From Anthoceros angustus (Eukaryota > Plantae > Anthocerotophyta), in NCBI GenBank assembly GCA_010909165.1, contig VJWM01000151.1, positions 1 to 64,000 on the forward strand: a stretch of 64,000 bases of DNA, given 5' to 3'. Under the pieces are notes generated by a model. That model worked only from the letters and a program-made list of their open reading frames with translations, did no database searches and was not told where the DNA came from. Below are positions 23,780 to 36,075 of this stretch, in pieces. The position numbers were made by a program, and so were the translations under genes. The number at the start of each line of letters is the position of its first letter. Within the stretch, counting starts at the first letter, position 1.

Positions 23780-25657
23780 CTAAGGATGCCTCGTCGCCTG
23801 AGAGAGCAATGGACACATGTTGTGGAAAGAAAGCTGAAGTCCAAGAGCTAGGAAGCCCCACACCATGTATGTGACCGTGAAAGGCTTGAGCGCAGACTTG
23901 ATAAATTTATCAAAGTCCTCACCAATGTGCCATACATTTTGAAAGCGAGCAAAATGAAGAGTGGTGCACTTCATGTTGTCACACTTAGTTTCAGAGACTT
24001 GATCACCACGGACGAGGTACATGATGAGATGAGCCCTAATTGACCTTGCTTGACCGCATGGAGAAGCACACGGCCACTTACGTCTCACGTGAAAAAGATA
24101 TGGCGTGTTGCAAATGGCATTCCATAGTTCCTCATATTCATCTTCTTGTGGAGTAAGAATGTCTTGAGTGAATGTCTTAAGGACGCCTTCTTCATATTTG
24201 TTTTCCTCTTCAATAAAAATATCTTTCTCATATTCATTTTCTTGCTCTATAAAAATATCTAAGTTCTCCTCATATTGGTTTACTTCTTCTAAGAGAAATT
24301 CTTCGTTCTCATATTCATTTTTTCTTCATAAAAATGTACCTAGATCAAGATGCGTAGAAATGTCCTCGGCATATTGGTTTACCTCTTGAGTAGAAATGTC
24401 CTCCTCATATTCGTCTTGAGTAAAATGTATTGCTCATATTCGTGTTCTTCACTAAAAATATGCTTGTCGTTATAATCGATTTCTTCTTCATTTTCCTTGT
24501 AGTAGTTTCCTTCTTCATCTTCTTTATATTCTTTTCTTCATCATTTTCCTTATAGTTATTCCCTCTTCAGCAAAAATATTTTTGCATAATCTTCTTCCTC
24601 TTCGCTTAGAAATATTCCCTCATCATCATCTTCATCCTCACCAAGAATATCTTCACATTAGTGAAGGAGTTGCTACATTCAATTTCTTCATACCTTGGAC
24701 CTTGGACGATTTTTTCATGTCTTCCACATCAAGATGAATGTCTTGCTCATATTTGCTTTCTTTGTCTTGAACTATTATGCTCATACTCATTTTCCTCTTC
24801 CTCTTCCTCTCTACATAATCTTCTTCTTCTACATAATCTTCTTCTTCTTCTTCTTCTACATAATCTTCTTCTTCTTCTTCTTCTTCTTCTTCTTCTTCTT
24901 CTCTTCACATAATCTTCTTCTTCTTCTTCTTCTACATAATCTTCTTCTTCTTCTACATAATCTTCTTCTTCTTCTTCTTCTTCTTCTTCTTCTTCTACAT
25001 AATCTTCTCTTCTTCTTCTTCTACATAATCTTCTTCTTCTTCTTCTTCTACATAATCTTCTTCTTCTTCTACATAATCTTCTTCTTCTTCATCACTTAGA
25101 AAAATTCCCTCATAATTGTCTTTTGTACTAAGAATGTCTTCGTCAACAAGGAAGTCGCCACACTCAATTCCAAGATGTTTTGGAAGTATGGCACTAATTT
25201 TGTTGCTCCACAAGGGATCTAGTTTGAAAATATAGCGACATTTTGAAGGACTTCCCAATATATAGTGCAGTTACTTTTTAATTGTAGGACGATTTCTCGT
25301 CGTGAAAGGAATCAATTTAAAGTCTACTTGCAATTGCAAAAATTTGTTTCAATGATCCTCTTGACCAAAGTCTGCATCTTTTACATGACCTAACGCATAT
25401 CTCAGACAAGATAGAAGAGATCTTGTGAGATGATTTTGAGCAATTTTGGCCTTCTCTTTTAAATTAGTTGCGAACAAGTTCTTGTGACTTGTATCTCCAA
25501 GTGATTGGAATTGTTTAAGGTCATCATAATCGAAAAGATATAACTTGATTCTACGGTTTATCAAGAGGACAAAGAAGCACTTTGTCAAACTTTTCAAACA
25601 AGCTTTTAAAAGTTTGTGGAGCGGAAAAGTTTGGTCAGCTAAGTTTTGGCAAAACAC
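23780..25657 (-). pseudogene. Unknown long ORF with a Glu/Asp/Tyr-rich repeat core and a non-repetitive C-terminal segment, frameshifted (copy 1)
   Basis: Minus-strand reading: FDYDDLKQFQSLG.., CRYIFKLDPLW..FLSD(E)nDYV(E)n, repeated NEYEKDIF/NQYEENLDIF/DEYEEDIS, then an open frame ~24330-23780 ending LWNAICNTPYLFHVRRKW..FQNVWHIGEDFDKF. Confidence 0.5.
24809..25092. repeat. Compound microsatellite (TTC)n-TACATAATC, 10 spacers; encodes (E)n-DYV on the minus strand
   Basis: Direct reading of the sequence. Confidence 0.95.
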
Positions 25658-26336
25658 GAGACAATTTGGGGACCAAGGGCAAAGGTTACGGTAGGAAGTT
25701 TTTGCGGATGGATGAAGGGAGGATGACTACAATTCGTAGGAAGTAGGGGATTTGTAGGCGAGCCAGCGTAATCGAGTTTCGAGGAAGGTAGATAGTAGGT
25801 AAGTCGCTCAGGACGTCCGTAGGTGGTCCGGGACTTGGTTAATTGAGAGAACCTGGGATGTCCTAGACTTAGCCGTTAACGGGTAGAAAGGAGAGAGTAG
25901 GATATGTTAGAAAACCCATTTGATACATATATAGGGGAATTAGGGGTCTATTATGACATCCGAGAAACAAAGTTCCTTGGACTTGACTATAAATATCCAA
26001 GCGGGTAGGAAGTCCTTGGCCTTTGGGGTTTCGTAGAAAGTTCCTTGTCGAGACCATGGTAGAAAAGGATATGAGATAGAGCCATGCATTTCTGAGCCAA
26101 GGAGGATAACTTCCTTGGAATTGAGGGAGGGAGGGGGTTCAATTCTCGAATGTCACGCAGAGGGCTATATATACATGCCGCTTATAATATATAGAAGATG
26201 AGATTTGATGATCGGGATCATCGAGGAGGACACGTGGCGCACATCGAGATGGGGCGCAACTAGGGACCGGATACCAACCGGATTATCACGAGAAGGAAAA
26301 GTCGTATTCGTGCATAAGGCCAAGACCATATTGTCG

Positions 26337-26553
26337 AGGAAAGGAATCCTCTATAAGCTAGGACTAGACAAAGTAGTTCAAGGTGTTTGGAGGCGAACAA
26401 ATTGCAGTGGTGGCGGAGGCCCCTCTACATACTAAGGAGGGGGGACATTATTCGCACAAGTGATGCAAGAAGATTTTGAGCAGCTTTTGGTGGTCCACTA
26501 TGCAAAGGGACATGGAAATTTATCGAGGCTGTGATGCGTGTCAAAGGATAGGG
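26337..26553 (+). pseudogene. Integrase zinc-binding (H2C2) fragment of a non-chromovirus Ty3/gypsy element (Athila/Tat-like); truncated copies at ~41465-41642 and ~43150-43317
   Basis: RKGILYKLGLDKVV, then after a frameshift GGHYS..KKIL..FWWSTMQRDMEIYRGCDACQRIG. Confidence 0.8.
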
Positions 26554-27795
26554 AGACCACATCTCCCTAAGGGCACATCTCCCTAAGAGAACGTTCCTCC
26601 AAGCCGAGCATGGCCCCTATGCTCTTCAACATGGGTAGGGAACAACATCCTACCCCAAGGATCTCAATTCGGAGTTCTTACATGCTCATGTCCAACACAC
26701 CCAAGCTCCTCGAGCACATCACACACCTTGAATATATGGTACTGCTTCCCTAGCGAGCTCCTCACCAACCTCCTTAGCAACATTTCTCCTTAGTGAACTC
26801 CTCGCCAAATCTCCCTTGATTGACCTCTGCCCAATTCTCGGGCGGCCACCACGATGGCCCCTTTCACATTTGCTTGCAGCCCAAATACAAATTTCGCCTT
26901 CCTCAAGTGAATCCCCATCGCGATTCCTTCACCATGTTGCAGCCGGATCCCCAAGCTCACTCATAACCGTGCTTGCCAAACAAGACCTAGGCCCCTCCTA
27001 GCATTTGGACCACACCTCGTAATCATGTCAATTCAGCTTGGTTGTGCGAGCAAAAAGGCAAAGGCTTGCCTTCTTCACAATTCACACCCTTCGTAGCCCA
27101 CAACCAGCACTCCACTTCTCACATTGCAAGGTCATCACCTCCTAAGTTCCACTAATCACAAGCTCTAGTTCATGGCCTCACAGCGCTTAGCTCACAAGGC
27201 ACAAATTTCTCCCAAAATCCCAACTTCCGTGACAGCACTCTATCTTGGCTTCTCCACACCTTAGCTCCAAAAGTTGAGCTCTTGCCTCACACACCCACGA
27301 CAACGCCGCGCCTCTTCCAACTTGCATGCCTTACAATTAGCCCGTGCTACTTCCCAAAGACACACTCCTTGCAGCTCCTAGCTCCTTCCAACTATGTGCC
27401 CAAGAACTTCCAAGCGCCTTTAAGCACCGCTCACCAAACATACATTCCTATTTTATCGCTACTTAAACTAGGGTTCCAAATCAATCACTAATTCCCTTTG
27501 CACATATAGTCTATGGGGCAAGATTCTACCCTACCGCTCATCTATCTAGGCTTGAGAAACTTCCAAATTCCTACCCTTGTCCCTAACTTTCTGGATGGCT
27601 CAAGAAGAAACACTCGTTACTACTCACTGATCACTTTGAATAAAGATTGAACCAAAATGAACCGAACTGGATCAAAATGACAAAGGGACCCAAACTTTTG
27701 CGTTGCACGCTCACTCCATGAATAACTCAAGGTTATCTTCAAGTATACCGGCGAATGATGAAAGTATTGCTAATTTGTGTGCCGCAATGCAACGA

Positions 27796-29070
27796 GGCCT
27801 ACCAAGCAAGATTTTACTTTCATTTATTTCCACCGAGTACCTAAACTAGTTAATGGACAACAATGATGGATATTTGCAGCGTTGGGGTCGTGTCGTGGTC
27901 GTAAATACATTATGAAGGAAACAAAATCATCGAAGGATCCAAATAGTTGGGTGATGCGGTTGTATTATCAATATCTTTTCAAAGGTTAGGCGAGAAGTGA
28001 TATGGGATACGATTTCAAAGTTGAACTAGTATGTCGACACCTTATATATGGATGAAATTCATATTCGCATTTAGATTTAGATTCGGATATTTGGGACCCG
28101 CTTCCACCACTCGAGAAGCTAGTGCTAGTTGTTGATGAGGAGGAAAGTGATCATTTTTATTATTTCTAGCGCATGAGCTGGACGATGATTCACGTGACAT
28201 GTTTCATTTATATGTATATTCTTTAGCCATAGGTCAATGGACGGTTCAAGAATTCAACCAAAAAGAAACATAGGTGACATGTTCATCGAATCGTAAGTGC
28301 TGTGCTATCGAGATTCGGAGTTAATATTACTTTGATTGCACATGTTGTAGACGACAATTATGATGTATTATTTGAGCTGGTGTCATTTGATAATGAGATA
28401 ATTACAAGTCAGCAAACCTTTATGAGTGGAAACCCTCTTGAGCCTTTAAATTTTACATCCATATGGTGAAGTACGGAAATTGGATTTGTTGCCCACAATG
28501 GACACTTTTATGGTATGGATGGTAAAAGAAGGGTAAGAAGTTTTCTATCGCCATCTACAAGCGTAACCAACAAGCGCTCAAGTGGGAAAGTTTAATCACG
28601 AGGACTTTGCAATACAAAGCCTATTTGCACGCTTTGTTCCACCTAGTCAATGGAAGTGTTTGGAATTGGCGACTTTATATATTTACATTTTTTGTATTTA
28701 AGAAATCGAAAAGACGGAAAAGATGATAGGAGTTGTGTACATTACCTTATCTCGAATAAGATAATTACAATGGATGGAGAATTGTGTTTCAAGATGAAAT
28801 TGTCAACCCCATGAGGACATGAAGCCTAGAAGGACCAACTTCCATTTTGGGGTGTTCAAAATTTTTCATGTTTGTTCATCATCTAGAAATGATCTACTTG
28901 ACAAAAGTCTAAATAAGTATACTAGAATTTAGATACAAAACCGATTCTTACAACATAGATAAATCAAATAGCGATTCTTGAAAAGAAATCTTTTTAGTCC
29001 ACGGACAATGTAATCAAAGAAATTATATCTTGTTGTATCTTTCATTGCTTATTTGTCCCCTTAAATCGAG
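27796..29070 (+). pseudogene. Possible decayed F-box/kelch-like (F-box associated beta-propeller) gene; 5'-truncated paralogue at 21255-22400
   Basis: GLPSKILLFIYFHRVPKL (27796-27849, F-box-like start), SDIWDPLPPLEK (near 28089) and GFVAHNGHFYGMDG..SIAIY..WE (21816-21925 and its paralogue). Many stops and frameshifts. Confidence 0.35.
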
Positions 29071-30433
29071 GTTGACAACGGGGCTAGTCCCTTTGGCGAG
29101 GTCTAGAGTTGTTCCATCACCCGGTGTAGATGGGGACTTCCTATCTCTTGCATATTTTATAAAGTCTCCACGTTCTCTCTATTTTTGTCCAGTTTTTCAC
29201 GAATGTATCTTTACCTTTTTTTTACTTTAAATTTTACATACATTGATTCACAGTTTGAATTCCATAGCTGAATAATTGTAGAAATAAAAATAATATAATA
29301 CTATTTTATTTCCTTTTCGACGCATGAAAACTAAAGTGCCTCAACAAAGTGAACAAAGTTTGAGTCGGAAGGTAGGAACATAGTCGGAGTGGCGGTAAAA
29401 TATGGACAACTAAAAATGCACGTCAAATTAGGTTCTTACTGTCATTTCCACCGATGTGCCAGTTAGGTTTCTCATAGCATGGCACAAATGATATGATGAC
29501 ATGACGATTGATTCTTTGGGTATGGGTAGGGTATGCAAAATGTGGTGAACTCAAACTTTGAGGCACGCACGCTAAAGCATGAACACAAAGAGTGTGGTGA
29601 TATGGCATAGCTATGCCCACGGCAACAAGGGCACCGCTGCAGGTGCTTGCTCTATATGAGTGGAGCTCACGAATGGAGCGACCTCGGGATGGCATGAGCT
29701 TGCATCGTGCAAGTCCCTCATTTCGCACTCATATCTAGCACCAAAAGTTGCCAACAAAGCGATCCTCGCCCAAGCTCCTTTAAATTTGCAAATTTATACA
29801 TGAAGCTAAGCGCACCATGTGGCAAACGCTTGATCTAAAGAGGCGTCGACGAATGTACGTCCTATTGGAGTGATGCCTGCTGCCTAGCTGCATGATGATC
29901 TAGGGCCCTTTACCCTTTCCTCACGACCATATCCTACAATCACCACATGTCCACCACATCCTTCCGGCCATAGACATGGGCATCATGTATGAAGCTTCTT
30001 CCCTTGGTACATAGCACCTAATTGTCGACAAGACACGCTACAAGGCCCACACCTATAGGTGAGTATCGATACTTTGTATTTTATATTTTATAACTTAAAT
30101 AGTTAAATACAAAAATATAAAATTTGATATATATAGTAAATATATTTGCAAGTAACAAATAATACATGCCGCATGGAGAAGAAAATAAAAGGGCTTTTAT
30201 TAAAGGAGAAGAGATGGGGTAAGCCCATCTACCTTTCAAAGGCTAACACTAGCTAGGGACCTCAAGGGTCCGTAAGCAAGCAACTAAGCTCAATCTAAAA
30301 TCTATGGCTCCCGCAATATCATGACTAAGTAGGTTTTAGAGGATGTGAGCACGCTTTGGTGGCTCGATTCACGATGAAAACGGTGTGCCACAGGATCACT
30401 GGACCAATCGAGGTGTCACCATGATCACCGTTA

Positions 30434-32270
30434 TCATTGTCGTCCTAAGGATGCCTCAAGCCTGCTTGGAGAGCAATGGACACATGTTGTGGAAAGAAAG
30501 TGAAGTCCAAGAGCTAGGAAGCCCCACACCATGTATGTGACCGTGAAAGGCTTGAGCGCACTTGATAAATTTATCAAAGTCCTCACCAATGTGCCATACA
30601 TTTGAAAGCGAGCAAAATGAAGAGCGGTGCACTTCATGTTGTCACACTTAGTTTCAGAGACTTGATCACCACGGACGAGGTACATGATGAGATGAGCCCT
30701 AATTGACCTTGCTTGACCGCATGGAGAAGCACACTACCACTTACGCCTCACGTGAAAAAGATATGGCGTGTTGCAAATGGCATTCCATAGTTCCTCATAT
30801 TCATCTTCTTGTGGAGTAAGAATGTCTTGAGTGAATGTCTTAAGGACGCCTTCTTCATATTTGTTTTCCTCTTCAATAAAAATATCTTTCTCATATTCAT
30901 TTTCTTGCTCTATAAAAATATCTAAGTTCTCCTCATATTGGTTTACTTCTTCTAAGAGAAATTCTTCGTTCTCATATTCATTTTTTCTTCATAAAAATGT
31001 ACCTAGATCAAGATGCGTAGAAATGTCCTCGGCATATTGGTTTACCTCTTGAGTAGAAATGTCCTCCTCATATTCGTCTTGAGTAAAATGTATTGCTCAT
31101 ATTCGTCGTGTTCTTCACTAAAAATATGCTTGTCGTTATAATCGATTTCTTCTTCATTTTCCTTGTAGTAGTTTCCTTCTTCATCTTCTTTATATTCTTT
31201 TCTTCATCATTTTCCTTATAGTTATTCCCTCTTCAGCAAAATATTTTTGCATAATCTTCTTCCTCTTGATTAGAAATATTCCCTCATCATCATCTTCATC
31301 CTCACCAAGAATATCTTCGTCATTAGTGAAGGAGTTGCTACATTCAATTTCTTCATACCTTGGACCTGACGATTTTTTCATGTCTTCCACATCAAGATGA
31401 ATGTCTTGCTCATATTTGCTTTCTTTGTCATTGAACTATTATGCTCATACTCATTTTCCTCTTCCTCTTCCTCATTTTCTACATAATCTTCTTCTTCTTC
31501 TACATAATCTTCTTCTTCTTCTTCTTCTACATAATCTTCTTCTTCTTCTTCTTCTTCTTCTTCTTCTTCTTCTTCTACATAATCTTCTTCTTCTTCTTCT
31601 TCTACATAATCTTCTTCTTCTTCTTCTTCTACATAATCTTCTTCTTCTTCTTCTTCTACATAATCTTCTTCTTCTTCTTCATCACTTAGAAAAATTCCTC
31701 ATAATTGTCTTTTGTACTAAGAATGTCTTCGTCGTCAACAAGGAAGTCGCCACACTCAATTCCAAGATGTTTTGGAAGTATGGCACTAATTTTGTTGCTC
31801 CACAAGGGATCTAGTTTGAAAATATAGCGACATTTTGAAGGACTTCCCAATATATAGTGCAAGTTACTTTTTAATTGTAGGACGATTTCGTGAAAGGAAT
31901 CAATTTAAAGTCTACTTGCAATTGCAAAAATTTGTTTCAATGATCCTCTTGACCAAAGTCTGCATCTTTTACAAAGATGACCTAACGCATCAGCAGAGAT
32001 AGAAGAGATCTTGTGAGATGATTTTGAGCAATTTTGGCCTTCTCTTTTAAATTAGTTGCGAACAAGTTCTTGTGACTTGTATCTCCAAGTGATTGGAATT
32101 GTTTAAGGTCATCATAAGCGTAAAAGATATAACTTGATTCTACGGTTTACAAGAGGACAAAGAAGACTTTGTCAAACTTTTCAAACAAGCTTTTAAAAGT
32201 TTGTGGAACGGAAAAGTTTTGGCTAAGTTTTTGGCAAAACACGAGACAATTTGGGGACCAAGGGCAAGGT
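30434..32270 (-). pseudogene. Unknown acidic-repeat ORF (copy 2)
   Basis: Paralogue of 23780-25657 with different indel positions. Confidence 0.5.
31478..31682. repeat. Compound microsatellite (TTC)n-TACATAATC, 7 spacers
   Basis: Direct reading of the sequence; paralogue of 24809-25092. Confidence 0.95.
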
Positions 32271-32307
32271 TACGTAGGGAAGTTTTTGCAGATGGATGAA
32301 GGAGGAT

Positions 32308-32629
32308 TGTCACTGATTGAGCAAGCTCCACTGAAGGACATAGTCAATTGCCGTGCTATGGTAGACACCGACCGAGAGCCAAGTGATCTCCGCCGAAGGC
32401 CGTGGCGGCATACATGGTAGCCGTAGCACGAGGGCAGCTAGCTAGAACAGTAGGTTAGTTAGAGTGAGTGACTAACCTAGGGGCAACTAACCATAGTTAG
32501 CCAAACTCTAGTCGCACAACATTTGAACACGGAACAGGGCGCGGCTACTTGAGCCTGCTCAAGATCCAAGGGGACGACCAGCTTTCCGCTCTTGGTGTCC
32601 GGAGTCGCCCATCTCGTATGATGCTTACA
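32308..32629 (+). repeat. 5' LTR (322 bp)
   Basis: TGTCAC...GCTTACA; homologous to 40532-40854. Confidence 0.95.
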
Positions 32630-32632
32630 TCT

Positions 32633-32644
32633 TGGTATCGAGCC
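32633..32644 (+). promoter_or_regulatory. Primer binding site for tRNA-iMet
   Basis: TGGTATCGAGCC starts 3 nt after the LTR and is a 1-nt deletion from canonical TGGTATCAGAGCC. Confidence 0.9.
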
Positions 32645-34260
32645 GACGATCGGATCGGATGACTCCAGCAGATCGCGCTGCCTTGGAGTGGATTAGGAGG
32701 CAGCGGTATGGGAGCTCAGAGCGACCATCGAGGAGTGGGGAGAAGTGACCGAGCAGGAGCTTTTGGGGTCCGTGTGGTCTTTGGACCGAGATTGTCTGAT
32801 CTTGTATTGGCTCTACTCATGAGAACACATGAAAATTTTGAAGGCGCACAAGAGTTTGTGAGGCGTATGTGGGAAAGGAGCCGTGGACTTTGAAGATGTG
32901 AGATAGAGCAAGATGCAAGAAGGGATGAATAGTCAGAATCGCGGGAGAAAGAGGAACGTCGAGATGAAGAATGAGAGGAACTCGAAAGCGAAAGGAGAAG
33001 TGAGCAAATCAGAGGAGATCCTTGTTCCCTTCGGCTTGGCTAACGCCAGTTCAACATTGCAGAAGTTCTGGGCACTAAATGTGCAGGAGGCACGCTCAAT
33101 GGCTGCCAATAAGTGACTGGAGAGCACCCATGCGAACGACTCAGTTCACGTTGGCATTTTGTGTCGTGTGGCCTGAGGGCACAAGACGGCTGACATAAGA
33201 CTCCTAGGGAGTCAGAGGCATGCAAGAACCGGACGCCTTGTTGCCGCCTCTGCAAAGCGAAAAAGACAGAAGAAGAGGCCCATGGGTCCCGGTTGAGGTC
33301 TTAGCCCGCCAAACCTAGAGCATGTCACATCGCATGAGGGTGTGGTTGCAAGAATTGCTAGCTCCTAGAAGCAAAGTAGACTAGGGCCTTGAACATTACA
33401 GACGAGAGTAGGAAATGATCCGTGGCATTCAAGCAAGTTGCGATATGTGTGTTGTGGTTCTTTACTTGAGCAATTCAAATACACCGACGGCCACCGTCCA
33501 TCTTGTGGCAAACAGAAGAGGGTTTCTTTCGCTCATGATCAAGAAGAGTGGGGCGTGAATTGAATTTGACAGGAGTCTTGAAACATGAAGTCAAGCCGGT
33601 GCAAAGCTACTGATTACGATGCAAACTTGAAGTCGAGTTTGTGGAAGTCTCGAGTTTGTGGGCGAGCAAAGACGGGTCAAATCTCTGCAATTCTAAGTTG
33701 CCAGCAAGATTGTCAAGTCGCGACAAATTGGCCACCAAGTTGCGACGTGAGTGGGCACGCTCATGCCAAGAGCTGGCCGTGCAGTTGTCTTGATATGTTT
33801 TCCAAGCACATCAATGACTTGATCAGACGAAATGATGCTCGCATTCCATGCCAATGAATTCGCGATTGCTATCATGATGTGGGAGCCGAAAGAGCCGTGC
33901 ATGCTTGTGCCAAAATCACCGTAATCCTCATTGTGACCACTTGATCTTTCAATCGCCGAGTGTGGATCACTAGTGACCACATCGGCAGGTCGATCGGCCG
34001 TAGGAGAAGTGACAACCGAGTCCAACATCTGAACGCAGGTGCATGTGTGAGAGCACGGGCTGGCAATTTTACAACAAAAGGAATAAGCTGCATAACCCCG
34101 GCCCTGTGCATATTCTAGCTTGGATCACGTGCGTACATGAGGTCGATGGAGGATAGCAAGAGCTTCACGACTCCGACGGCGAGATCCATGGCCGATATGG
34201 CTCAGCCCAGATGTTGAGCTTGCAGCCACGCAGGAGGTCGCGAGGCGACCGCGCCTAGAG

Positions 34261-36000
34261 GTGGCATTAAGAAGAAAATTGGCCGCCTCGCAAATCCTCG
34301 AGCCTGCAGAGAAGATGGGAAGGCAACTTGTCAGAAACGAGGTCCGAGCTGCAAGGAAAGAAGTAGTTGAGGAGGAGGACGTGGTGCCTGATCCCGTGCA
34401 TATGCCTACACATGGAGCGACAGAGGCTGAGCCTGTTGTGAATTTTGATGCGAACGTGGGCTCAACACGAGAAGCAGAATTCAGATCCCGTGTTGAGGCC
34501 GAAGTTCAGGCTATGATCCAGCGAACCCTACAAGATCAGCAAGAGAAGCACGAAAAATTTTTGGCTGATATTTTGGCTCAAAATGCAGAAAGGGAGAAGG
34601 CCTTACGTGAGATGCTTCTGGACATGCCGCTGGCTTAGTCCAAGAAGAGTTGCATGTGCCGAGAGATGAGGTGAACGAAGGCGATGGTCCAGGTCTGTCT
34701 GAATTCAAAGCACGCATGGAAGCCGAAGCTCAAGCTGTTCTGCATCGGACGTTGCAAGAACAAAAGGAACAGCATGAGAAGTTGTTAGCAAATTTGCTTG
34801 CATAGAATGAAGAGAAGGAGCGAAATTGGAGAAACATTTTAGCACAAGTCATGCAGAGACCCACCTCTGGACAAGACAAGATAATCGGAGCCTGCTCAAG
34901 CATGTAATGATAATAGAGATGGAAGGCTTGCCTCTGCAAGCGAGTTGCCACATCACCTGGGACTCCATCACCAACACAATCCCGCCAACAACATTGAAAA
35001 ATTTTCGAGTGCAAGGACTAGCGCAGGAAGAACAGGAGGATCCCAAAATCGCTGAGATAGCCAGGCGTTTGCAAATTGCAAGGCATGAGAGAGCTCAAGC
35101 CCAGGCAGTCACCGACCTTGCTTCTAAAGAAGGGATGTCATTTGATAAAGGTCCTGAGCCAACTCGAAATGACCATCTGAGAAAGAGAGCTAAGTTCGAG
35201 GTGCTCACCTGCCAAGATAGGAGCCCGAGTAAGTTGCAGGAGTGGACGCAAGGATTCACCACATATTTCAAGCAAGATGCAAGAAAAGGAGAAGGTGGAT
35301 TTTGCAGCTCATTACACGAGCCATCTAGCCGAGCCTGGTGGAGAACAGAAAGAGGCTGAAGCGTGGAGAGAAGCCGCCCATATGGGAAGTGATGAAAAGC
35401 GAGCTTCTTCACAATTTCTTGCCTAAGGATCACAAAGAAAGGTGTTGGTCAGTGGTACGCTCTCAAGCATGGTACACTTGAAGAATTTCATTTGCAATTC
35501 ATGAAGGCCATGCTCAAAATACTGACCTAGAGCAGGAGGCAAAGCTCGCAGCGATGCCATCAAGCGAGTATAAGCTCGATTAAGCAACAACGCTGCTGTT
35601 GAAGAGGCAATGCAAGCGCAATGGACGCCGAGAACTATGGAGTCAAAATGGATCGAACCGTGACAACTCAGAATTTGGACAAGCCAGGCGCAAGGTGTGT
35701 TTCACAGGCAATACCAAGCTCAAGGAGCCAAGTACAACCCCCCTCACACTTGGAAGCCTAGAGGTCCAGAGCTTGCAGCCGGATCCACAGCACACACTAG
35801 TCAGCAAGTTGAGCTCAAGCCTATTGAATTTAGACAGCGTGATGAAAAAGAGAAGAAGGAGTATATGGCAAAAGGCTTGTGTTTTATTTGCTCGCTCGAT
35901 CACATTTCCGTGCACGCCCATATGGATCGATGTATGGGAAATGGCCGAGAGGAGGAGGGAGCCGATCTGCAGGATGAAAGCCAATGCAAGATAATGCATG
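34261..36000 (+). pseudogene. gag: gag with a long coiled-coil N-terminal extension, frameshifted
   Basis: KLQEW..RAWWRTE..WEVMKSELLHNFLPKD (Retrotrans_gag-like) and a degenerate knuckle KKEYMAKGLCFIC..DH. Confidence 0.8.
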
Positions 36001-36075
36001 TGAGCTGGAAATGAGCTCACGTGTAAAGGAAGGCGACATAGAGAATTTCAAAGCAAGGACCTACCCACTGCTAGA

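Larger units (their letters stand above)
21255..26509 (+). repeat. Segmental duplication, copy 1 (~5.2 kb, empty retrotransposon site)
   Basis: Near-identical to 27920-32307 joined to 40855-41645. Differences are mainly small indels and GAA-repeat length. Confidence 0.95.

Noticed and set aside
24661-25099. Plus-strand poly-Leu / poly-Phe ORFs (also 31401-31814) as membrane proteins
   Set aside because: They are the antisense reading of the (GAA)n compound microsatellite. The surrounding coding signal is on the minus strand.
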